From: Paraspadella gotoi
Lineage: Eukaryota > Animalia > Chaetognatha
Direction: 5' to 3'
DNA length: 59,540 nucleotides
Assembly: GCA_051294375.1 (NCBI GenBank)
Contig: JBJCIZ010000523.1
Coordinates: 1 to 59,540 of the forward strand
This document shows, piece by piece, positions 40,080 to 51,922 of the stretch; position 1 is the first letter of the stretch, and each line of letters opens with the position of its first letter. The notes under the pieces were generated by a model. The model was not told where the DNA came from. It made no database searches and was given only the letters and a program-made list of their open reading frames with translations. The position numbers were made by a program, and so were the translations under genes.

Positions 40080-40306
40080 AAGAGAGACAAAGCTGGACAG
40101 CTGCTGGAAGGCCGCTGTACAGTCACCTTTTGAGAGACAGAAAGACAGAAAAATCCACGAAAATCTCAGATATAAATTTGGGATTTTTGTATTGAAAAAA
40201 AAAGCGCGGAATAAATGCGGATAATAAAAGTTTTTAGAAGGAAAAAAATAATCAGAATTTTTCAAAAAAACGAACGATCACGCAAGAGAAATCGTAGAAG
40301 AGAGAA

Positions 40307-40337
<31 letters not shown>

Positions 40338-40386
40338 AGAGAGAGAACAAAGCTGGACAGCTGCTGGAAGGCCGCTGTACAGTCAT
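39878..40386 (+). repeat. Tandem duplication, period ~270 bp, with (GA)n cores
   Basis: AAAATCCACGAAAATCT...CAAAGCTGGACAGCTGCTGGAAGGCCGCTGTACAGTCA occurs twice, with a partial third unit at 39572-39630. Confidence 0.9.
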
Positions 40387-41074
40387 TGCAGAACTGAACT
40401 CGTCTTTTCTAAAAATTTTTTTTTTTTTTTTTTTTTTTTTATTAATACCAAAAAACAGTATTGACATAATCATAAACAGTAATAGTGTAAAAGACTGGAA
40501 AACTAAACTATGTATTGAAAAAAAAAATAAAAAAGAAAATAATATATATATAATTTAAAGAAATAAAAGAAAGGCAAAAATATGTTACAATTGTTTACAA
40601 TTGGAAATTTTTCCAATTTTTTCCAATCGCAGCTTGTAAAAAATTTTATTTTTATTTGTATTAAAATTAAGATATAGCTTCTCATTAAAAAGTTATTTTG
40701 AGTTCCCATTTTTATTATAAATTTTAAAAAAATTTTTGGAATTTCATCTTCAATATTATATACTGCAATATGTAAATTAGATTAAAGCATTTCTATATAC
40801 TAATTTGGATATTATAATGAGTACTATAATCTCATTTGCATATTGCAGTAAATCATAAAGAAGTGGAAATTCAAACAAAAAATACTTGAATTCAAATGTA
40901 ATATGAAAATTTCAGAGCTATTTCAATATGAGAAGCCATATCTAAATTTTTAACTTACTATGATCGCACACTTTTATAAAACTTCATTGTAATTTATAAT
41001 AATTTTTATTTAAAAAAAACGGTAAGTCTCAGCCAAACCTATAAAAGCGTAGTAGTTTTTATATAAAAATGCGT

Positions 41075-41121
41075 GACGCCGACGACGACGACGACGACGC
41101 CGACGACGACGACGACGACGA
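41075..41121 (+). repeat. (GAC)n microsatellite
   Basis: Seen directly. Degenerate copies at 20024-20070 and 42788-42842 (reverse). Confidence 0.92.
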
Positions 41122-41182
41122 TTACGTCACAAAGAAGCAATGCTAAAACATTATAGAGCCTGAACCGGCTTCGCCGGTCATG

Positions 41183-42728
41183 TATCCATTTTTAATTGAA
41201 CAAGTTTTGAGCAAACAATGTCGGATCTGCCTACGATAATTAAATTAATTAAATTAATTAATCGATTAATTAATTAATTAATTAATTTTAAAATGTAATA
41301 ATTAATTTTAAATTTATATTTAACTTATCATCATCGATGTCCTTAAAATTGGCGTTAGGACAGTTATTAAATATGTTTTGTTTACATTTTATCAAAACAA
41401 ACAAATATCCTCTATTTTATTTATGTCTCCCTTCTCTCTCTCTATCTCTCCTATCTCTCTCTCTCTCTCTCTCTCTTTTTATGCAATTGCGATGATCTTT
41501 ATGCTTTAAGATTTTTTAACTTTCATCATTTTTCACATTAAATTAATTAATTAATTAAATAATTAATTAATACATTTATTAGTATCATTAAATTAAAAAT
41601 TCAAGTAAATGTGACTTATGTTTTTTCCAACTAAAACTCATTTCCACTTGCACATTCCGTCAAAACTTATATATATTATATATTATTTAAATATTTAAAA
41701 GCTTCAGTGCAACAACCCAATGAACTAATTTCAAAAAGTTACATTGTTAAAATCTATTTAGTAGTAAAAGGAAAAAAAATTTTAAAGAAGAACTAGAAGT
41801 TATAAAAAGTGTTCAATTTTTGGCCCGCCTTATATATATTAGGCCGAACAGGTTGAAACTAGAAGTTCTCTCAAATAAATAATGGTTAAGCGACTATTAA
41901 ATAATATGAAAATGAAAATAATTTTTAAAATTTTGCTTATCAATTTTTTTTATAGATTCTGATAGAGCTTTAAAAGTTAGATAAAGGTTATTAATACAAC
42001 TTTTTAAAATTTTTTTGTTTTTTATAAAAATTTAAAAAAATAAAATTCAGCCAATAATGATTATGATGATGATTTTTTAAGGTTTTTTCTATTTTTTAAC
42101 CAAATTTATTGTCAAAATTTGAAAAAATTAAAGTAACTAACTTTTCATTTAACTTTTTAAGCTCTCACAAGAACCCGTTCTTAAAAAAATCAAATTTAAA
42201 AAAATTTTTTTTGTCATTTGTTATATATTAAATAAATATTTAAAAGCTTCAGTGCAACAACCCAATGAACAATTCAAAAAGTTACCTTGAAAATCGATTT
42301 AGTTAGTAGAAGGAAAAAAGAAAATTTTTTGAGAGAACTAGAAGTTATAAAAAGTGTTTCAATTTGGCCCGCCTTACTAGATATATTGCATGTGATTAAA
42401 CAATGTTATCAGAAAAATAAATTTTATCAATTTTATGTATTTTGTAAGTATTTTAAGTATTTTTATTCAGTGAGTAAAATAACAACTTTTTATTCGCTAA
42501 TTTTTATCTCGGACTCTGTCTGTCTCTTTTCTCTCTCTTCTCTCTCTCTCTCTTTGCAATTGAGACGATCCTTATGCTCATTTTTCTGCTCTCTCTCTCT
42601 CTCTCTCTTTCTCTCTTTGCAACTGCGACGATCCTTATGCTCATTTTTCTGCTCTCTCTTCTCCTCTCTCTCTCTCTCTCTCTTTGCAATTGCGACGATC
42701 CTTATGCTTTTAGAATTTTTTATCGAGC
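41183..42728 (-). repeat. Segment Y (reverse complement of 20131-21668; repeated at 44989-46472, partial at 49945-50400)
   Basis: Contains the HINE 3' end, a ~140-bp internal direct repeat (41690 and 42234) and three ~55-60-bp TGCAATTGCGACGATCCTTATGC-(CT)n units. Confidence 0.9.
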
Positions 42729-43737
42729 CATGACCGGCGAAGCCGGTTCAGGCTCTATAATGTTTTAGTTGGCTTCTTTGTGACGTATCGTCGTCGTCGT
42801 CGCGTCGTGCGGCGTCGGTCGTCCGTCGTCGTCGGGCGTCACGCTTTTTATAATAAAAACTACTACGCTTTTATAGGTTTGGCTGTAACTTACCGTTTTT
42901 TTTAAAATAAAATTATTATAAATTAATGAAGTTTTAAAAAAAGTGTGCGATCATAGTAAGTTAAAAATTTAGATATGGCTTTCATTTGAAATAGCTTGAA
43001 TATTTTCATATTACATTTGAGATTAAGTATTTTTTGTTTGAATTTCCACTTCATTATGATTTACTGCAATATGCAAATGAGATTAAGTACTCATTATAAA
43101 TATCCAAATTAGTATATAGAAATGCTTTAATCTAATTTACATATTGCAGTATATAATATTGAAGATGAAATTCAAAAATTTTTTTAAAAATATAATAAAA
43201 ATGGGAACTCAAAATACTTTTTAATGAGAAGCTATATCTTAATTTTAATACAAATAAAAATAAAATTTTTACAAGCTGCGATTGGAAAAAATTGAAAAAT
43301 TTCCAATTGTAAAACAATTGTAACATATTTTTGCCTTTCTTTTATTTCTTTAAATTATATATATATTATTTTCTTTTTTATTTTTTTTATAGATGTTAGT
43401 CAGTCTACATTCGTGTTTTCATCTGTTACATCGTCGCATACTTACAGCGGCCTTCCAGCAGCTGTCCAGCTTTGTTCTCTCTGTCTCTCTCTCTCTCTCT
43501 CTCTTCTGTCTCTCTCTCTCTCTTTACGATTTTGCGTGATCGTTCGTTTTTTTGAAAAATTCTGATTATTTTTTTCCTTCTAAAAACTTTTATTATCACG
43601 CCATTTATTCCGCGCTTTTTTTTTCAATACAAAATCCAAATTTATATCTGAGATTTTCGTGGATTTTTCTGTCTTTCTGTCTCTCAAAAGGTGACTGTAA
43701 CAGCGGCTTCCAGCAGCTGTCCAGCTTTGTCTCTCTT

Positions 43738-43774
<37 letters not shown>

Positions 43775-44963
43775 TCTGTCTCTTTCTCTCTTTACGATCT
43801 CTTGCGTGATCGTTCGTTTTTTGAAAAATTCTGATTATTTTTTTCCTTTCTAAAAACTTTTATTATCGCCATTTATTCCGCGCTTTTTTTCAATACAAAA
43901 TTCCAAATTTATATCTCAGATTTTCGTGGATTTTTTTGAGAAAATGTGAAGAATAACTTACTTGACCTGGATTTCGTGGCCGTTTGCAGAGCAACAAATA
44001 AACAATGTCAAGGAACATGACCTAAAACGCGTTTTGTGATGGCAACGGAAACGTTACGTGTATAAATATAATATATATATAATTGGAAAGAAATTCGGTT
44101 TTTCTTTTTAATTTCAAACGAGTTCAGGTCTCTCTCAGTCTCTCTCAGTCTCTCTCAATCTATCTCTGTGTGCGTCTGTCTCTCTCTGTACGATCTCATG
44201 CGTGATCGTTTCGTTTTTTGAAAAAGTCTGAATTATTTTTTCTTTCTAACCCTAACCCTAACCCTAACCCTATATATTTGATCAGGGCTGCCTTTTCTGA
44301 ATCGTTTAAAAACGAGTTCAGGCTCTCTCTCTCTCTCCCTCCGTTCTCCCTCCGTTTCCCTCTCTCTCTTTCTCTCATTCATGTCAATCATTCATCATTC
44401 AATCATTCCAAATCATTTGATTATCATCACATCAGTCATTTTGATATCATCTCATCAATTATTGGTATATCATCGCGTTAATATTTGGTTATCATCGCAT
44501 TTTTATATATTAATGGCTCGATCCCTATTGCTTTTAAGATTTTTTAACTTGCATCATTTTTTCAACTTGCATAATTTTTTTAAATTGTATTCATTTTTTA
44601 CATTAATTAATTAATTAGTTAATTAATAATATTAATTATATTAATTAAAACGTTTATTAGTAATCATAAATAATAAAGATTCAAGTAAATGTGACTTATG
44701 TGGAAGACGATGCCGCGAGCAGTTTACCGTCCGTTGCACACAAGGTCCCGAACTTCGATCGGGCTGTAGTCCGACACTACAGGTGGTTAGACGCCCCGTC
44801 CCGCTTTACTTGTGTGAATCAGCAGGGCGCGAAACAGAGTTCTTTGGGTTGGGAGGAGCTCGTGCTACTCGGCGCCATAGGTGCTGCTGATTCTCGGACG
44901 AGTAGTGGGGTATGAAAAACTACCACTAACATTATGTTTTTTACATTTAAAACTCATTTCCAA
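42729..44963 (-). repeat. Inverted copy of ~38845-41182
   Basis: The (GAC)n tract, 270-bp repeat, TTAGGG tract and SINE-like insert recur in reverse order and reverse complement. Confidence 0.93.
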
Positions 44964-45202
44964 NNNNNNNNNNNNNNNNNNNNNNNNNAGTTCGGATCTG
45001 CCTACGATAATTAATTAAATAATTAATTAATCGATTAATTAATTAATTAATTAATTTTAAAATGTAATAATTAATTTTAAATTTATATTTAACTATCATC
45101 ATCGATGTTTAAAATTGGGTTAGGACAGTTATTAAATATTTTTTCTTTTATCAAAACAAACAAATTCCTCTTTTTATTTTATGTCTCCTTCTCTCTCCTC
45201 TC

Positions 45203-45237
<35 letters not shown>

Positions 45238-46269
45238 TGCAATTGCGATGATCTTTATGCTTTAAGATTTTTTTAACTTTCATCATTTTTTCACATTAAA
45301 TTAATTATTAATTAATAATTAATTAAACATTTATTAGTAATCATTAATATTAAAAAATTCAAGTAAATGTGACTTATGTTTTTTCCAACTAAAACTCATT
45401 TCCACTTGCACACTTCCGTCAAAACTTTATATAATTATTATTTTATTTAAATATTTAAAAGCTTCAGTGCAACAACCCAATGAACTAATTCAAAAAGTTA
45501 CATTGTTGAAAAATCTATTTAGTAGTAAAAGAAAAAAAAATTTTAAAGAGAACTAGAAGTTATAAAAAGTGTTCATTTTTGGCCCCCTTACTATATATTA
45601 GGCCGAACAGGTTTGAAAACTAGAAGTTCTCTCCAAATAAATAATGGTTAAGCGACTATTAAATAATATGAAAATGAAAATAATTTTTAAAATTTTGCTT
45701 ATCAATTTTTTTATAGATTCTGATAGAGCCTTTAAAAGTTAGATAAAGGTATTAATACAACTTTTTAAAATTTTTTTGTTTATTTATAAAAATTTAAAAA
45801 ATAAAATTCAGCCAATAATGATTATGATGATGATTTTTAAGGTTTTTTCTATTTTTAACCAATTTATTGTCAAAATTTGAAAAAATTAAATACTAACTTT
45901 TCATTAACTTTTTAAGCTCTTACAAGAACCCGTTCTTAAAAAATCAAATTTAAAAAAATTTTTGTCATTTGTTATATATTAATAAATTATTTAAAAGCTT
46001 CATGTGCAACAACCCAATGAACAATTCAAAAATGTTACCTTGAAAATCGATTTAGTATAGAAGGAAAAAAGAAATTTTTTGAGAGAACTTAGAGTTATAA
46101 AAAGTGTGTTCAATTTGCCCGCCTTACTAGTATATTGCATGTGATTCAAACAATGTTATCAGAAAAATAATTTATCAATTTATGTATTTTGTAAGTATTT
46201 TAAGTAATTTTTATTCAGTGAGTAAAATAACAACTTTTTATTCGCTAATTTTTATCTCGACTCTGTCTG

Positions 46270-46300
<31 letters not shown>

Positions 46301-46392
46301 GCAATTAACGTCCTTATGCTCATTTTTTCTGCTCTCTCTCTCTCTCTTCTTTCTCTCTTTGCAACTGCGACGATCCTTATGCTCATTTTTCT

Positions 46393-46429
<37 letters not shown>

Positions 46430-46472
46430 CAATTGCGACGATCCTTATGCTTTTAGGATTTTTATCGGAGGC

Positions 46473-49400
46473 GATAAAAAAGTTAAAAACACTAGCAAAC
46501 GACTTTTCCTTATTAAAAAAAAATTAAACGTTAAAAACACTGGAAAACAACTTTTCCAATTCAAAAAGAGATAAAAACGTTAAAAACACCGAAAAAGCAC
46601 TTTTCCAATGTAAAAAGAATTAAAAACGTTAAAAACTTTGTCAAACGACTTTACAAATAAAAAAAGAAATAAAACCATTGAATACCCCGTCAATCGACTA
46701 TTCCTATGTAAAAAAAACTAAAAACGTTAAAAACATCAAAAAACGACTTTTCTTTTGTAAAAAGAGATGAAAACGTTAAAAACACCGAAAAACGACTTTT
46801 CCTTTTTTTTTCCTATGTAAAAAGAGCTAAAAACGTTAAAAACACCGAAAAACGACTTTTCCTTTGTAAAAAGAAATGAAAACGTTAAAAACAAGGAAAA
46901 ACGATTCTTTCAATGTAAAAAAAGATAAACACGTAGAAAACACCGGCGGACAATGATTTCAATGTACAGGCTACAATAGTTATAGAGGAAATGGAATATC
47001 TATTTATTAAAAACCGGAGTGTCGATAGCCACTAAGAAAGTGAAAGCGACCCTGAAAGTTCGTGGTTCAATACGACATATAGCTTCACAACATCGAGGTT
47101 GTTAAAATTGGGTGAGGACAGTTATTAAATATGTTTTTTTTTACGTTTTATCAAAACAAACAAATTTCCTCTCTTTTATTTTTATGGCTCCTTCTCTCTC
47201 TCTCTTTTCTCTTTTAATTATATGTTGCTTTCTCTTACTCTGAAGAGATAAAAACGTTAAAAACACCAGAAAACGACTTTTACTTTGTAAAAAGATATGA
47301 AAAGGTTAAAAATAACAGAAAACGATTTTTCCAATGTAAAAAGAAATAAATGCGTTAAAAACACCGACAAACGACTTTTCCAATGTAAAAAGAGATACAA
47401 ACGTTAAATACACCGGCAGAAGACATTTCCTATGTAAAAAGAGATAAAAACGTTTAAAACACCAGCAAACGAATTTTCTAATGAAAATAAAAAGAGATAA
47501 AAACTTTAGAAACAAAGAAAAATGCTTTTTCCAATGTAAAAAGAGATAAAAACGTAGAAAACACCGGCAAACGATATTTTCAATGTAAAAAGAAATAAAA
47601 AGGTTAAAAACATCGACAAACGACTTTTCCAATGTAAAAAAAGATAAAAACGTTAAATACACCAGCAGACAACATTTCCTATGTAAAAATAGATGAAAAC
47701 GTTAAAAACACTAGCAAACTTCTTTTCCAATATAAAAACAGATAAAAACTTTAAAAAAACCGGCAAACGATTTTTCCAATGTAAAAAGAGATAAAAACAC
47801 CGATAAACGACTTTTCATTTGTAAAAAGAGATAAAAACGTTAAATACACCGGCCGACGACATTTTCTATGTAAAAAGAGATGAAAGCATTAAAAACATGG
47901 AAAAACGATTTTTTCACTTTAAAAAAAGGTAAACACGCAGAAAACACCGGCAAACAATATTTTCCATGTACAGGCTACAATAGTTATAGAAGGGAACGGA
48001 ATACCTATTTATTAAAAACCGGAGCGGCGATAGCCACTAAGAAAGCGAGAGCGATGCTGAAAATTTGTGGTTCAATACAACATACAGCTTCACATCTTCG
48101 AGGTTGTTAAAATTGGGTGAGGACAGTTATTAAATATTTTTTTTTACGTTTTATCAAAACAAACAAATTTCTTCTCTTTTATTTTGTCTCCTTATCTCTC
48201 TCTTTTTTCTTTTAATTATATGTAGCTTTCTCTCACTCTCAAGAGATAAAAACGTTAAAAACACCAGAAAACGACTTTTCCTTAGTAAAAAGATATGAAA
48301 ACGTTAAAAATAACAGAAAACGATTTTTCCAATGTAAAAAGAAATAAATGCGTTAAAATTTAAAAACACCGACAAACGACTTTTCCAATGTAAAAAGAGA
48401 TAAAAACGTTTAAAACACCAGCAAACGACTTTTCCAATATAAAAAGAGATAAAACCGTAGAAAACACCGGCAAACGATATTTTAAATGTAAAAAGAAATA
48501 AAAACGTTAAAAACTTGGGCAAACAACTTTTTCAATATAAAAAAGGTAAAAACGTTAAAAACACTAGCAAACTTCTTTTCCAATATAAAAAGAATTTAAA
48601 ATGTAAAAAAAGATAAAAACTTTAAAAAAACCGGCAAACGACTTGTAAAAAGATATGAAAACGTTAATAATAACAGAAAACAATTTTTCTAATGTAAAAA
48701 GAGATAAAAGCGTTAAAAACACCGACAAACGATATTTCCAATGTAAAAAGAGATAAAAACGTAGAAAAAACTGGCAAACGATATTTTCAATGTAAAAAGA
48801 GATAAAAACATTAAAAAAAACAGAAAACGATATTTTCAATGTAAAAAGAGATAAATACGTTAAAAACACCGACGAACGACTTTTCCAATGTAAAAAGAGA
48901 TAAAAACGTTAAAAACACGAGCAAACATTTTTTCCAAAATAAAAAGAGCTAAAAACTTTAGAAACAAAAAAAAACGTTTTTTCCAATGTAAAAAGAGATA
49001 AAAACGTAGAAAACCCCGGCAAACGATATTTTAAATGTAAAAAGAAATAAAAACGTTAAAAACTTTGGAAAACAACTTTTTCAATACAAAAAGAGATAAA
49101 AAAGTTAAAAACACCGACAAATGACTTTTCTAATCTAAAAAGAGATAAAACGTTAAAAACACCAGCAAACGACTTTTCCAATATAAAAAGAGATAAAAAC
49201 TTAAAAATAACCGGCAAACGACTTTTACTAAGTGAAAAGAGCTAAAAACGTTAAAAACACCGGAAAACGAATTTTCCAATGTCAAAAGAGATAAAAAAGT
49301 TAAAAACACCGAAAAACGTCATTACATTTTAAAAAAGGATAAAAACGTTGAAAACACCAGAAAACGACTTCTTCAATGTAAAAAGAAATAAAAACTTTAA

Positions 49401-49919
49401 AAAAAAAGAAAAACGCTTTTTCCAATGTATAAAGAGATAAAAACGTAGAAAACACCGGCAAACGATATTTTCAATGTAAAAAGAGATAAAAATGTTCAAA
49501 ACACCGACAAACAACTTTTTAAATATAAAAAGAAATAAAAACCCTAAAATCTTTAGCAAAAAAATTTTTTCTATATAAAAAGGTTAAAAACACTAGAAAA
49601 CGATTTTTCCAATGTAAAAAGAGATAAAAGCGTTAAAAACACCGACAAACTTAGCTTTTTACATAGGAATAGTCGTTTGACGGGTTTTTCAACGGTTTTA
49701 ATTTATTTTTTTATTGGAAAAGTCGTTTGCCGTTTTTAACGTTTTTTATCTCTTTTTCATTGGAAAAAGCGTTTTTCTTTGTTTTTAAAGTTGTTATCTC
49801 TTTGGAAAATTCTGCTGGTGTTTTAAACGTTTATTACTTTTTACTTTAGAAAAGTCGTTTATCGGTGTTTTTTAACTCTTTTTAACATTGGAAAAAACGT
49901 TTTGCCTTTTTTTTAAAAT
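46473..49919 (+). repeat. 49-bp satellite array (switches strand at ~49650)
   Basis: Tandem units with two interspersed ~280-bp cassettes at 46965-47245 and 47969-48243. Confidence 0.95.
47969..48243 (+). pseudogene. Exon/intron-like cassette embedded in the satellite; possible EEP/APE endonuclease fragment
   Basis: Translates from 47973 as GYNSYRRERNTYLLKTGAAIATKK (TGVSIATKK in the 46965 copy), followed by a GTGAGG...polypyrimidine...TGTAG intron-like tract at 48117-48225. The similarity was judged by eye only. Confidence 0.35.
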
Positions 49920-49944
49920 NNNNNNNNNNNNNNNNNNNNNNNNN

Positions 49945-50237
49945 TTTATATATTAACAAATATTTAAAAAGCTTCAGGTGCAACAACCAATGAGTAAATC
50001 AAAAAAGTTACATTGAAAATCGACTTTAGTAGGTAGAAGAAAAAGTAATTTTTTGAGCAGGAACTAGAAGTTATAAAAAGTGTCCAATTTTGGCCCGCCT
50101 TACTAAGATATATTGCAATGTGATTAAATACAATCGTTATCGGAATAATAATTTTATCAATTTTATGTCTTTTGAAGTATTTAATTATTTTTATTCAGTG
50201 AGGAAAAATAACTTTTATATTCACTAATTTTATTTGA

Positions 50238-50284
<47 letters not shown>

Positions 50285-51922
50285 TTCTGCAATTAGCACA
50301 TCATTATGCTCATTTTTCTGCTCTCTCTCTCTCTCTCTCTTCTTTGCAATTGCGACATCCTATGGTCATTTTTCTGCTCTCTTTCTCGGCTCTTTCTCAA
50401 GTAAATGTAACTTATGTTTTTTCCATTTTAAACTCATCCCCACGCACAAATTCCGTCAAAAACTTTACTATCTAGCTTTCTTCACACACTCCTACCCCGC
50501 TACAAAATTTCATCTCAATCTATTATGGGTTCATAAAATAAGTAAAAAGAGCAAGTAAATGTGATCACTATTTTTTTTCATTTAAACTTCATTTCCAAGC
50601 TCGTTACGTTCCACCGAAACTTTAATATCAAGCATGCGTTACACATTTTTCTACCCACACAAAAAAAATTAAAACGTTAATCTATTCCACCAATTATGAT
50701 TAATTAGAGTACTTATTGGTGTAAAATAATTAAAAATATTTAGTAAATGCGACTTATGTTTTTCCTCTTAAACTCACACGATTCCGTCGAACCTTATATC
50801 CAGCTTTTATCACACAACTTTTCCTCCCAGCACATAAAAATTTCATTTCAATCCAAACCACGCCAATCACGAAGTTATTGGAGCTTTTGCTAAAGTGGAC
50901 CGGATTGACGGATTGATTGACTGATTAATTAATTTTTGCATTTAATTATTAACGTAATTGATTAATTAACTCATTAATTATTGATTATTAATACACTCCT
51001 GCATATACCATTATATAAAACGGAAAAAGAATCATAATCAATTAGTGAAACAGGTTTTTTGTTTTTTTCCATTTAAACTCATTCCACTCAAAAGATTCCA
51101 TCGAAACTTGGTTTCCTGTTCAATCACACACTCTTCTACTGGACATACCAAAATACAAGTCAACGATAATTAAGTGTCAATGAGCTTAACTGTTCAAACT
51201 TTGCATAATTTATAATCAACTTGCATATTTTGGACAACTCGACATAATTTGGTTGAAACTGACATAAATCTTGATCTACTGACATAATTTGGTCAACTTG
51301 ACATAACTTTGAGTCAACTGACATAATTTGATAATAAGCGATAATTGGTCAACTGGCATAATTATGGTCAACTTGGCATAAGTTTATGCAACTGGCCTAA
51401 TGCGGTTCAACTAGCATACTTTGTCAACTGCACTAATTTTGGTCAACTGGCACTGACTTTGTCAAACAGGCATATTTGGTCAACAGTCGATAATTGGCTC
51501 CAACTTGCAGAAACTTGGATCACACTTGCAAAAGGTTGCGTCACATGGCATCTTACATTTGGTAATCAATCAATTCAATCAATCAATTAATTTCCAATCA
51601 ATCAGTTCCTGAAACCCACACACAAACATTCTCATACCAATCCATCCAATACAATCACCGAGTAATTAGTTTTTCTGCCTAAGGTGGGACTGGACGGCAC
51701 GGACGGACGGACGGACGGCACGGACGGACGGACGGACACACAGACCAGAACAGATCAGACAACAACGGACGACGCGACAATCGTTGTTTTTTTGCAAATT
51801 TATCATAATTCGATGTTCTGACATGATATAAGTGTTGCCCGACAATATTGAGGCGGGCGGACGACGACCGCACAAGTGAGTTATAGAGTCGGGATCTGCT
51901 GCTAACAAGATCGACTGAAAAA
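49945..51922 (-). mobile_element. Reverse-strand HINE-like paralog
   Basis: Reverse complement of the 5' hairpin (51886-51916), a (GGAC)n tract, the 18-bp array and the ~170-bp units. It abuts the 49-bp satellite at an A-run. Confidence 0.7.

Larger units (their letters stand above)
22878..41182 (+). repeat. Copy B of the ~18.5-kb duplicated block
   Basis: Same order of elements as 1516-20130 at an offset of about 21-22 kb. 23760-25000 is badly garbled. Confidence 0.93.

Noticed and set aside
1516-41182. A real recent ~21-kb segmental tandem duplication
   Set aside because: Not accepted as biological without reads. Differences are mostly indels, junk segments are shared, and a 25-N gap separates the copies, so haplotype or gap-fill redundancy is more likely.
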